A stretch of DNA of 59,159 nucleotides from Candidatus Woesebacteria bacterium (lineage in GTDB: Bacteria; Patescibacteriota; Microgenomatia; UBA8517): assembly GCA_020060845.1 (NCBI GenBank), contig JAGUZK010000060.1, positions 1-59,159 on the forward strand, in the 5' to 3' direction. The stretch's first letter is position 1; each line of letters opens with the position of its first letter. The notes under the pieces were generated by a model. The model was not told the DNA's origin. It saw only the letters and a program-made list of their open reading frames with translations, and searched no databases. A program made the translations under genes and the position numbers. Below are positions 48,257 through 57,459 of this stretch, one piece after another.

Positions 48257-49318
48257 ATGGCAAACGGAAGGGCAGTAAGTCAATTTACTAACAATTATGA
48301 ATTACCCAAGAAGGTTGGAATAATTTATTCGGATGTTAGGCGTGAATATTTTCCTACAGAGGAGCAATACATAACCGAAAAGGACGCAAAACGTGATGCA
48401 TCTTTAGTTGTCCCCTATTTGGAGAAAATGAATATCCAGGTGGTACTGTATCCTGGAAATGCAGATCTTTCTGATAGGTTAAGAAAAGATAAACCCGATA
48501 TGGTCATCAATTTGGTCGATTCTGTTCGAGGTAACGAGAGCTTGGCGTCATCAATTCCCGGTGTCTTGGAATTACTGGAAATTCCCTACACTGGAGGTGA
48601 TATTTTGGGCTTGTCACTTACTTATAATAAATTTTTGGTTAAAAAAATTCTTCAGCAAAATGGTGTTCCGGTTCCGCACTATCAGCTTTTTAACTCCCCG
48701 AGTGATTATCTTGATCCTACTCTCCGCTTTCCTCTCATATCTAAATTAAATGAAATACATGGGGGTGTTGAGATAAGTAGGGATGCTGTTTCTGAAAATG
48801 AGAGGCACCTTCGAGAAAGGCTTAGGTTTCTAATTTCTACATATAAGCAGCCGGTCTTGGTTGAGGAATTTATTGTAGGAAGAGAGATTACATGCATGCT
48901 TTTGGAGGGATTAAATAAGAAAGTCTATCTAGCTGAAAAGATTTTTACAAGGCGCGGTGATAAGTATATTTTCTCGACTTTTGAGGACCAATGGATTAGC
49001 AAGACAGGAGAGGCCTTTTTTTACCAGAAGTATGATGATCCATTGCTCAAGGAGTATGTCAAAAAGGCATTCGATGTTACAAAAATGTATGACTATGGAA
49101 AGTTTGATGTCAGGCTTGACCAGTCAGGGAGATACTTCTTCATTGACAGCAATTGTAATCCTGCATTTGGACCAAAAGAAGCCGATGTTGCGATTTCAAA
49201 TATATTAGATATGTACGGGGTTAATTTTACAGAAATACTAAAACGGCTTCTTCTAAATACTATTCGTGACGCGCAGGGAAGAGAAAGGCTTCCTAGTACG
49301 CCGGATGAAGCTACTTAA
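48257..49318 (+). CDS. Ddl-like ATP-grasp ligase (divergent)
   Basis: LELLEIPYTG, NKFLVK, VLVEEFIVGREIT, GKFDVR, DSNCNP. Confidence 0.8.
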   Translation: MANGRAVSQFTNNYELPKKVGIIYSDVRREYFPTEEQYITEKDAKRDASLVVPYLEKMNIQVVLYPGNADLSDRLRKDKPDMVINLVDSVRGNESLASSIPGVLELLEIPYTGGDILGLSLTYNKFLVKKILQQNGVPVPHYQLFNSPSDYLDPTLRFPLISKLNEIHGGVEISRDAVSENERHLRERLRFLISTYKQPVLVEEFIVGREITCMLLEGLNKKVYLAEKIFTRRGDKYIFSTFEDQWISKTGEAFFYQKYDDPLLKEYVKKAFDVTKMYDYGKFDVRLDQSGRYFFIDSNCNPAFGPKEADVAISNILDMYGVNFTEILKRLLLNTIRDAQGRERLPSTPDEAT

Positions 49319-49349
49319 TTTTTGGATATTTTGCTATAATTGTTTAATT

Positions 49350-49422
49350 GCCGAGATAGCCAAGGTGGTCACGGCGGGCGCCTGAAGAGCGTCAGATGCG
49401 GGTTCGACTCCTGCTCTCGGCA
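49350..49422 (+). tRNA. tRNA-Phe(GAA)
   Basis: Cloverleaf, loop CT-GAA-GA; TGcTATAAT just upstream. Confidence 0.93.
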
Positions 49423-49431
49423 CATGATGAT

Positions 49432-49507
49432 GCGGGAATAGCTCAGTTGGTAGAGCGTCTCGTTGCCAACGAGAAGGTCGCGGGTTCGAATCCCGTTTCC
49501 CGCTCCA
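49432..49507 (+). tRNA. tRNA-Gly(GCC)
   Basis: Cloverleaf, loop TT-GCC-AA, encoded CCA. Confidence 0.96.
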
Positions 49508-49515
49508 GTTTCTAT

Positions 49516-50349
49516 TCAGTCTCTTAACACATAAATTTCCTGTCCGTAATTACTGATTGATACCATTTCACCCTCCCCCCGCAACACTCGTTCAAAAGGA
49601 TAGCAGTATTTGCAACCCCCCTTCGGGCAGTTAAAATGATCTAGTTTCCTAGCTAATACAATTCTTTGGGCAATCTTTGATATTTTTTCTTCGGCTTCAG
49701 CCTTTATTGGAAGTGGCTTTTGTTTAGGAAAAGGATCACGATCTAGGTACCAGTAGCTTAATTTCGAGATGGGTCTTTTTTGTAAATTTAGTGCGAGTAG
49801 GTAATATATTGGGAGCTGCAGTGAGTCCTCCCCCTCTTCAAGTTTACCGGTCTTAAAATCAATAAGATGGACAGAATTCGAGCTTTCAATGTATTCAATC
49901 CAATCGATTTTACCGCATAAGATTATGTTCTCCTCCTCAGAAAACCAAAAGTAAGGTAACCCATCATCTGATTTTAGTCTTATTGCCTTATTGATGATTG
50001 GTCCCGGGTTTTCTTCGATGTTTTTTAGCATTAATATGCCCCTTTGCTTATATTCTTCTTCAGTTTGCTTATCAAAAAAGCCTCCCAGCTTTCCTTCTAC
50101 TTTTTTCCATGCTTCCTCAAAGAGGGTTGAAAGTGGTTTTTTTAGCCTCTGGTCAACAGGAAGATCGGATAGGGATTCAATCACTTCGTGTGTCGCTTGG
50201 CCTAGAGCAAGTGATGGTGTCATGATGGTGAATTTACGACCGGTTTTTGGACTTTTGTAGATGTTGCGAAGATAATATAAACGAGGACATTTGAGGTAGT
50301 CAGATATTGAGCTATGAGAAAGCCAAACCGCTTTGTATTTATCTTTCAT
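49516..50349 (-). CDS. PD-(D/E)XK nuclease (RecB/AddB/Cas4-like, four Cys)
   Basis: LSHSSI..Y..CPR, G...H, GKID, IDFKTG, QL.IY, C....CKYC. The track's longer start runs through tRNA genes; real ATG is 50349. Confidence 0.85.
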   Translation of the reverse strand: MKDKYKAVWLSHSSISDYLKCPRLYYLRNIYKSPKTGRKFTIMTPSLALGQATHEVIESLSDLPVDQRLKKPLSTLFEEAWKKVEGKLGGFFDKQTEEEYKQRGILMLKNIEENPGPIINKAIRLKSDDGLPYFWFSEEENIILCGKIDWIEYIESSNSVHLIDFKTGKLEEGEDSLQLPIYYLLALNLQKRPISKLSYWYLDRDPFPKQKPLPIKAEAEEKISKIAQRIVLARKLDHFNCPKGGCKYCYPFERVLRGEGEMVSISNYGQEIYVLRD

Positions 50350-50352
50350 CTG

Positions 50353-50426
50353 TGGACGCGCCAGGGTTCGAACCTGGGACCTTTCGGATGTAAACCGAAC
50401 GCTCTGGCCAGCTGAGCTACGCGTCC
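50353..50426 (-). tRNA. tRNA-Val(TAC)
   Basis: Cloverleaf, loop TT-TAC-AT; body identical to tRNA-Val(GAC) outside the anticodon arm. Confidence 0.95.
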
Positions 50427-50427
50427 G

Positions 50428-50509
50428 TGCGCGGGACAGGACTTGAACCTGCAAGGATTACTCCACAGCCTCCTCAAGACTGCGCGTCTACCAATTTCGC
50501 CACCCGCGC
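50428..50509 (-). tRNA. tRNA-Leu(GAG)
   Basis: Long variable arm, loop TT-GAG-GA. Confidence 0.94.
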
Positions 50510-50534
50510 TTGGAATACCTTAAAGTTGGCCGTG

Positions 50535-50621
50535 TGCCGAAGGCGGGACTTGAACCCGCACGCTCGTTTTATGAGCACACGCTCCTGAAGCGTGCCTGTC
50601 TGCCAATTTCAGCACTTCGGC
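50535..50621 (-). tRNA. tRNA-Leu(CAG)
   Basis: Long variable arm, loop TT-CAG-GA. Confidence 0.95.
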
Positions 50622-50651
50622 CTAGAAGGTATTATATCAAATAAGCATAAT

Positions 50652-51722
50652 CTAAATAAACTTAATTTGCATACCTTCTTGGACTTTTGTTGTGAGTGAT
50701 ACCTCTTGGCCTGCAAACTTTGCACCGCTACCCCAAATCCTAGCTTTGGTAACGCTTTCAGCAAAATTCTCGCCAATCATATGTGCTACCTCGTCTAAGG
50801 TGAAACCGCGTTTGACAACTAATGGGCTAGCATTGTTGGGTCGATCGTCTTTTCCTATAAGATAGACACGGATAAAATCAAGGCTTTGCCAAATCTTTTC
50901 TTTTAACTCACCAATTCCATTCCCCTCCTTTGCGCTAATAAGAAGTAAATCATCGTCTGAAGTCACATTTGCAAATTCATCTGACTTGTTCAGTACACTT
51001 ATGCTTTTAATATAAACTCGGTTTGGAGATAAAGCATCAATCAATGAATCAATACTGACATTCTCATCAAGACTTATTTCAGCATTTTTCACACCCATCT
51101 CCAAAGCAATTCTTTTAATAGATTCAATTGGGAGATTTTGCTTAATGTTTGTTTTTATTTGAACTCCTCCCGAGGTATGTTTTACAATCCTTATTTTTGG
51201 AGGAGTTTTATTTAGTCTAATTCCATTTCTCTCAAGGGATACTTTTAATCTCTGGATAGTCTGTGGCCTTTTAATATCGCTGATAAGTATAATAAGATCT
51301 GACCCTCTTGCAACTGAAAGCACTTCTTTACCCCTACCTTTACCTTCCTCTGCACCCTCGATGAGTCCAGGAACATCAAGAATTTGAATTTTTGCATCTT
51401 TGTAATACATCATCCCAGGAATGACCGAGACCGTAGTAAAAGCATATGGAGCAACCTTACTTTGTGCATTAGTAAGCCTATTGAGCAATGTCGATTTCCC
51501 AACAGATGGAGGCCCAATCAAAACTGCCGTTGCGTCCCCCTGCTTTTTGACTGCATACCCCACTCCTCCACCCGATTTTTTACTTGCATGCTCAAGTAAC
51601 TTGTCCCTAAGCCTAGCAAGGCGTGCTCGAAGAAGACCAATGTGGTGTTCAGTGCCTTTATGATAGGGTGTTTCTCTGATTTCTTTCTCAATTGACGCGA
51701 TCTGATCTTCAATTTCTGTCAT
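50652..51722 (-). CDS. DRG-family (OBG superfamily) GTPase with TGS domain
   Basis: TPYHKGTEHHIGLLRARLARLR N-terminus; GPPSVGKST, YAFTT, DVPG, NKSD. Confidence 0.88.
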   Translation of the reverse strand: MTEIEDQIASIEKEIRETPYHKGTEHHIGLLRARLARLRDKLLEHASKKSGGGVGYAVKKQGDATAVLIGPPSVGKSTLLNRLTNAQSKVAPYAFTTVSVIPGMMYYKDAKIQILDVPGLIEGAEEGKGRGKEVLSVARGSDLIILISDIKRPQTIQRLKVSLERNGIRLNKTPPKIRIVKHTSGGVQIKTNIKQNLPIESIKRIALEMGVKNAEISLDENVSIDSLIDALSPNRVYIKSISVLNKSDEFANVTSDDDLLLISAKEGNGIGELKEKIWQSLDFIRVYLIGKDDRPNNASPLVVKRGFTLDEVAHMIGENFAESVTKARIWGSGAKFAGQEVSLTTKVQEGMQIKFI

Positions 51723-51785
51723 AACTTCAAATTATATCTTAATTTGGGTATAATCTGAATTATATAGGGAAGATATCTCTATCTA

Positions 51786-51858
51786 GCACCCGTAGTTCAA
51801 TGGATAGAACGCTGGTCTTCGGAACCAGATGTTGAGGGTTCGACTCCCCCCGGGTGCA
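51786..51858 (+). tRNA. tRNA-Arg(TCG)
   Basis: Cloverleaf, loop CT-TCG-GA. Confidence 0.93.
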
Positions 51859-52241
51859 CAAATTTAATTTTGCATTTTTGCTAAAACATGAATATTGTTC
51901 CAAGAAAAGTTGATAATTTGTTCTAATGTAATTAAAAAGGAAAAAGCGGAGATTGGAGGAAGTAGAGAAGGTATGAAAATAATTTTGACATACAAGACAG
52001 AAGATCACAACAATATTTTTAAGGCATGAGACGAATTTCGTAAAAATAACCGTAACAAATGTCCTTTACAGTCGTTCTGTAGGAAAAGGATTTTTATGAC
52101 TGGAAATGTGGCGGGCAGTCTGCGGGCAGCCTCTTGAAAAATAACAACTACACTTCTTCATTGATTTGCTAAATATCAAGTTTAATAAAAATTATTGGGT
52201 AAAATTGTAAACTCTGTTTATCATGGCTATTATTATATTTA

Positions 52242-54800
52242 ATGGAGAAAAGTGTTTGGTTGCATGACTCAGACTTCAATAAATTGACTGCAAGACCTGG
52301 AATCAACCCCACAGGATTAAGTAGTAAGGAGGCATATTCAAGGCTCAAAACATATGGAGAAAATGAGCTTCGTGCTAAAAATAGGCTTCAAGTCTTCATT
52401 GGATTATTTATCAAACAATTTAGTAATTTACTTATTTTAGTATTGATTTTTGCCTCAGTTTTATCTTTTTTGCTTGGTCAGAACGTAGACGCTTTGGTAA
52501 TTTTGTTTTTAGTAATTATAAGTGGTGTTTTTGGCTTCATGCAAGAATATAAGGCTGAAAACTCAATTGAAAAAATTAGAAAATATTTAAGTAACCGTTG
52601 TAGAGTCCTAAGAGATGGAAGCTGGATAGAGCTAAATAGCCAGTTTTTGGTCCCCGGTGATATTGTCCAACTAAGATCTGGAGATAGGGTGTCAGCTGAT
52701 ATTAGGCTTTTTGAGGCACAAGGATTAACTGTCAATGAATCAATTATTACAGGCGAGTCACTCCCTGTTGAAAAGGGCAAGTCTCATTCTAGCAATCTTC
52801 AAGATCAATCCTCACAAAGGAATGTGGTTTATGCCGGTTCAACAATATTTTCAGGGTCTGGTAAAGGTGTAGTTGTTGCAACTGGAAGCCGGACATTTTT
52901 TGGAAGAAGTCAGGAGAAATTTGTGAGAGATGTTTCAGAAAGTGATTTTGAGAAGCAAATAAAGGTATTTGGTGGCTTTATTTTTAAGGTGATTGCTATT
53001 ATGACGCTAGCTATTTTTTTGATGAATTCGATATTGGGAAAGAACGTTTTTGGTTCTTTTTTGTTTGCCATTGCCTTGGCTATTGGGGTTACTCCCGAGA
53101 TGCTTCCTGCGATAATTACTGTCTCTCTTTCTCGCGGTGCACTTAAGATGTCTGAAAAGAAGGTCATAGTTAAACGGCTATCAGCAGTTGAAAATCTTGG
53201 TAATATGGACACGCTTTGTATGGATAAAACTGGTACCTTGACCGAAGGCAGGTTTTCTTTGATTGGACTAGTTGACATCCAAGGGAAAGTATCCCACAGG
53301 AAGCTGTTGAAAGAGGCCTTGATCTGTACTACCCGCTTTGCAATAGGATCTGATCAATTAACATATGATCCTCATGATAGTGCAATTTGGGTCTACGCCA
53401 AAGGAAAGTCTAAGAAAATACTATCTGATGTGAAATTTATAAACGAAAATACGTTTGATTATCAAAGAAGACGTATGAGTGTTTGCTATAAGGAGGACGG
53501 CAAACACTTTTTAGTTACTAAAGGATCTGTTCAATCAATTCTTAGTTGTTGTTCGAGAGTCAACTTGGGCAAAAGAAGCACGAAGATGACAAAAAGTTAC
53601 ATCAACAAAATTGTAGATATAAGTGATAGATATGATCTGGAGGGTTATCGCGTATTGGGATTAGCAAAGAAACGCCTCTTAAAAGCTAATTCTTCAAAAG
53701 AGGACGAAAGCAAAATGGAATTCTTGGGATTTTTACTTTTTAAGGACCCTGTTAAAGAGTCTGCAAGAGAGATTATTAATAGGTTTGAGTCTTTAGGTGT
53801 TGGATTAAAGATAATAAGCGGTGACAGCTTGGCTATATGTACAAGCGTTGCAAGGCAGGTTGGTCTTGATTTTTCTGAAGATGAGGTGATAACAGGAGAA
53901 GAACTTTCAAGACTCGATGAAAGTAACTTTAGCGCCGCTTGTAGGGAGAAAAAGGTATTTGCAAGGGTTTTTCCTGAGCAAAAGTATGCTATTGTTAGGT
54001 CTTTAAATTACGAAGGTCATATTGTTGGCTTTTTAGGAGATGGAATCAATGACGTTGGGGCCCTAAAAGAAGCTGATGTTGGCATTTCTGTAGATAGTGG
54101 AAGCGATATTACAAAAGATGTGAGTGATATTGTGCTTTTGCAAAAAGACCTTAATGTACTGTCTGTTGGAATTGAAATGGGAAGGAAAACATTTGCAAAT
54201 ATAATGAAATATATCTTAAATACAATCTCAGCGAATTATGGGAACATGTTCACTGTTGCAGTCTCATCACTTTTCATCAGGTTTATTCCACTTCTTCCGA
54301 GCCAAATACTTCTTAACAATTTTGTAAGTGATATTCCCCTTTTTGCAGTGGCAACCGATAATGTTGATAGTGATATGCTCAAAAAACCGAGGGGATGGAA
54401 TATTAATTATATTATGAAATTTATGATTTCGTATGGCTTTGTCAGTTCATTTTTTGATTTAATGCTTATAGTACCAATGATCTTTTTTTTGAATACTCCG
54501 CCTCAAGTTTTTAGAACAGCTTGGTTTGTTGAGTCATCTATCTCTGAGATACTTGTTACGTTTGTCATTAGAACTAGGCTCCCTTTCTACAAAAGTAGGC
54601 CTTCAAGCTTTCTGGTCGCACTAAGCATGGCATCGATCATTTTTGTGATATTTATGCCATTTTTAGGCTGGCGATTATTTCAGTTTGAGTCTTTGTCCTC
54701 TATTATATGGCTTTTGATCTTTGGAGATCTTGTGCTCTATTTTCTTATAACGGAGTTTGCCAAAAGAAAATTTTTTTCAGAAATGGAAAAGATTAATTAG
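52242..54800 (+). CDS. mgtA: Mg2+-transporting P-type ATPase (P3B)
   Basis: TGES, TPEMLP, DKTGTLT, GDGIND, SANYGNMF, QILLNNF. Confidence 0.88.
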   Translation: MEKSVWLHDSDFNKLTARPGINPTGLSSKEAYSRLKTYGENELRAKNRLQVFIGLFIKQFSNLLILVLIFASVLSFLLGQNVDALVILFLVIISGVFGFMQEYKAENSIEKIRKYLSNRCRVLRDGSWIELNSQFLVPGDIVQLRSGDRVSADIRLFEAQGLTVNESIITGESLPVEKGKSHSSNLQDQSSQRNVVYAGSTIFSGSGKGVVVATGSRTFFGRSQEKFVRDVSESDFEKQIKVFGGFIFKVIAIMTLAIFLMNSILGKNVFGSFLFAIALAIGVTPEMLPAIITVSLSRGALKMSEKKVIVKRLSAVENLGNMDTLCMDKTGTLTEGRFSLIGLVDIQGKVSHRKLLKEALICTTRFAIGSDQLTYDPHDSAIWVYAKGKSKKILSDVKFINENTFDYQRRRMSVCYKEDGKHFLVTKGSVQSILSCCSRVNLGKRSTKMTKSYINKIVDISDRYDLEGYRVLGLAKKRLLKANSSKEDESKMEFLGFLLFKDPVKESAREIINRFESLGVGLKIISGDSLAICTSVARQVGLDFSEDEVITGEELSRLDESNFSAACREKKVFARVFPEQKYAIVRSLNYEGHIVGFLGDGINDVGALKEADVGISVDSGSDITKDVSDIVLLQKDLNVLSVGIEMGRKTFANIMKYILNTISANYGNMFTVAVSSLFIRFIPLLPSQILLNNFVSDIPLFAVATDNVDSDMLKKPRGWNINYIMKFMISYGFVSSFFDLMLIVPMIFFLNTPPQVFRTAWFVESSISEILVTFVIRTRLPFYKSRPSSFLVALSMASIIFVIFMPFLGWRLFQFESLSSIIWLLIFGDLVLYFLITEFAKRKFFSEMEKIN

Positions 54801-54825
54801 AATTTGGTGCTAGATAAGAGAGAAA

Positions 54826-55428
54826 TTATCTAGAAAAGTTTGGTAGTCTGTAGGTGTCTTCGAAATAGACTGGCAATGTCAAATCTGCACCTGGCACTGT
54901 CACTTGAGACCCACGACTGAGTTGGGTGGGAGAGGTAAAAGTATAAACACGGTTGGCACTGGATACAACAACTTGTCTTAATTCCGCTAGCCTTCCTGGC
55001 AAATTATCTTTTGACCAATACGCCTCAAAAGGGTTGGGACTTCTCGAGCGTTGATTTTCATATAAAATCTGCATAGCAACAAACTGTAGTGATGTTTTGC
55101 ATATGCTTATTCCGCGTAAACTGACTATATTCGAAAATTTAATCTCCCATCCAGAAGTGTAATACGGCTGATTGTCGACAAGTTGAACCTCAAATCTAAC
55201 ATACCACATTCCATCTGACTCTTTTTCAATTTGGCCTTGATAGATGCGACAGCCATTATATTCAGGAAAAGAAGGATAGAGATTGGAGTTGTCTTCACAA
55301 GCGCCTTTTATAAGTCTTAATGTTTCTTCTCTGACAGATTGAAAGATGGGGTCTAATGGTTGGCCTTCTGAAAAGTTGCTTTTTCGATAATCAGAATCTA
55401 TTCTCCTAATTAATTCTTTGACTCTCAT
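54826..55428 (-). CDS. Hypothetical protein
   Basis: 200-aa ATG ORF beginning 7 nt after tRNA-Gly. Confidence 0.55.
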   Translation of the reverse strand: MRVKELIRRIDSDYRKSNFSEGQPLDPIFQSVREETLRLIKGACEDNSNLYPSFPEYNGCRIYQGQIEKESDGMWYVRFEVQLVDNQPYYTSGWEIKFSNIVSLRGISICKTSLQFVAMQILYENQRSRSPNPFEAYWSKDNLPGRLAELRQVVVSSANRVYTFTSPTQLSRGSQVTVPGADLTLPVYFEDTYRLPNFSR

Positions 55429-55435
55429 GTTCAGG

Positions 55436-55506
55436 AGCGGGATACGGGAGTCGAACCCGTCTTTGCTCCTTGGAAGGGAGCTGTTGAACCGCTCAACTAA
55501 TCCCGC
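55436..55506 (-). tRNA. tRNA-Gly(TCC)
   Basis: Cloverleaf, loop CT-TCC-AA. Confidence 0.93.
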
Positions 55507-55594
55507 TTAATTACACTTAAATATTATATTTTTTTTAACTTTGTTATTCAATAATTGAATGTTTTGGGTTCCTTTTCTTGTTTTGTGGTAAAAT

Positions 55595-56299
55595 TTGGTT
55601 GTGAAAAACAACATTTATTTTATTTCCTTTGGTAAAGGAAAAACGGCTTTGATTTTTCTTCATGGCTGGCAGCAAAATGGAAAATCATTTTTGAGTCTTG
55701 TTCCTTATCTTTATAAAAGTTACAAAATTTATCTGCTTGATATGCCAGGTTTTGGGAAATCGCCATTTAACCCCGATTTGAAAAACTCTTATGATTATGC
55801 GGATCTAATTTATTTTTGGATCAAGAGAAAAAGGATTTCAAAACTTGTCTTGGTAGGCCATTCTTTTGGTGGAAAGGTGGCAAGTTTAGTAGCTAGCCGT
55901 TATCCAAGTTTGTTGAAGAGTTTAATACTCGTTTCATCTTCCGGAATACTGCATCCTCGATTTTATTATCCATTTCTGCCTTTGCTAAAGAGGGTTCCTT
56001 TTTTTTGTGGGTTTAGAGATTTATTGCTAAGCCGAGACTACAAAGAAGCGGGGGTAATACTTCCTGTTTTTAAGAATATAGTGAAGGAGGATCTAAGAGA
56101 TGATTTTGCTAAAATAAAAACTCCTACTTTGATATTGTGGGGAGAAGACGATAAAGAATTACCAGTTCAAGATGCCTATGTTATTAATAGTCTTATTAAA
56201 GGTTCTTGCATTAAAATAATAAAAGGCGCAGGCCACTTTCCTTTTGTTGACAATCCTAAAAGGATAGCTTCTCTTATAGATAATTTTATAAAGAAATGA
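55595..56299 (+). CDS. Alpha/beta hydrolase
   Basis: FLHGW, DMPGFG, GHSFGG, WGEDD, AGHFPF. Confidence 0.9.
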   Translation: MVVKNNIYFISFGKGKTALIFLHGWQQNGKSFLSLVPYLYKSYKIYLLDMPGFGKSPFNPDLKNSYDYADLIYFWIKRKRISKLVLVGHSFGGKVASLVASRYPSLLKSLILVSSSGILHPRFYYPFLPLLKRVPFFCGFRDLLLSRDYKEAGVILPVFKNIVKEDLRDDFAKIKTPTLILWGEDDKELPVQDAYVINSLIKGSCIKIIKGAGHFPFVDNPKRIASLIDNFIKK

Positions 56300-57459
56300 T
56301 GATAAATTTGAGAAAATTACTTTATCTTTTACAGCTTGAAGAGTATCAAACAGAAAGGTATTACAAATGGCTTGAAAAAAACAAAATTGACTCTCTTGAG
56401 GAAATAAAGAAAAAATTGGTTTTTACTCCTAGGATTATTTTAACTTTCCCCATCTCTTTTCTACTTCTGCCATTTTTAGGTCAAGAAAAGGCTGTTGGCA
56501 CATCAAATAAGATTATAGGTATTACTTTCAGGTTATTGGAAGAAATTATTGTATCTTTAGCAAAAATAAAGTTATCTTTTCACCCGAAACTTAAAAGGAT
56601 AGTTATCGCAGGTAGTTATGGTAAGACTACATTTAAAGAAAAGCTAGCCTTTGTTCTTGAAAAAAAATACAATATTCTTAAAACGCCGGGAAATATTAAT
56701 ACAAGGGTAGGAATAGCCTCCTTGATTCTTAAGAATTTGAGCAAAAAACACCAAGTTCTTATTCTGGAAGCTGGAGCCTATAAAAAAGGAGAAATCAGAA
56801 AAATCTGCGAGCTTGTTAGGCCTGATTATGGTGTTATAACCATATTTGGCTGGATGCACCTTGAGAGGTTTGGAAGCTTGAAAAATATAAAAGAAGCTAA
56901 ATCGGAGTTAATTCCTTTTATTTCGGATAAGAACAATCTTTTTGTTCCAAAGTTATCCCATAGTTTTATAGATTTTGATAAGACGATAGAAAAAATAGGC
57001 TCATCTATGAAAATTAGTCTGAAAGATATAAGAGAAAGATTAGGAAATTTTCCAGGTGTTGCCCATAGAGTTGAGGAAAAGAAAGAAAACAAAAATATTT
57101 TGGTAATTGATGATTCTTATAATTCAAATCCTCTTGGTTTTAAGAGAGCTGTTGACAAGCTCAAAGGTTACAAAGGGCAGAAAATATTGATAACGCCGGG
57201 CATGATAGAGCTTGGAAAAGAGCAGTACAGATTGAACTTTGAGGCAGCACAATATGCTGCTAATTTTGTAGACATATTTGTGATTGTTGGGGATACAAAT
57301 AAGAAGGCTTTGTGGAGAGGAGCAAATTCAGCTAAAAATAAAGATCTAAAAATTTTGTTTGCAGACAGTAAAAGCAACATTCAGGATTGGCTTATGCCGC
57401 ATATTAGACCACCAGCAGTTATTTTAATTGAAAACGAGTTGCCGGATCACTATTTTTAA
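56296..57459 (+). CDS. MurF-like Mur ligase
   Basis: GSYGKTT, EAGAY..GEI, HLERF, IDDSYNSNP, TPGMIELG, ENELPDHY. Confidence 0.85.
   Translation: MMINLRKLLYLLQLEEYQTERYYKWLEKNKIDSLEEIKKKLVFTPRIILTFPISFLLLPFLGQEKAVGTSNKIIGITFRLLEEIIVSLAKIKLSFHPKLKRIVIAGSYGKTTFKEKLAFVLEKKYNILKTPGNINTRVGIASLILKNLSKKHQVLILEAGAYKKGEIRKICELVRPDYGVITIFGWMHLERFGSLKNIKEAKSELIPFISDKNNLFVPKLSHSFIDFDKTIEKIGSSMKISLKDIRERLGNFPGVAHRVEEKKENKNILVIDDSYNSNPLGFKRAVDKLKGYKGQKILITPGMIELGKEQYRLNFEAAQYAANFVDIFVIVGDTNKKALWRGANSAKNKDLKILFADSKSNIQDWLMPHIRPPAVILIENELPDHYF

Noticed and set aside
50350-50454. N-terminal extension of the 312-aa ORF in the track
   Set aside because: It runs through tRNA-Leu and tRNA-Val; homology-like motifs begin after the ATG at 50349.
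51880-52240. M-box (ykoK) riboswitch or MgtL-like leader before mgtA
   Set aside because: No M-box consensus, terminator or Pro-rich + strand uORF recognised; looks like decayed sequence. cmscan would settle it.
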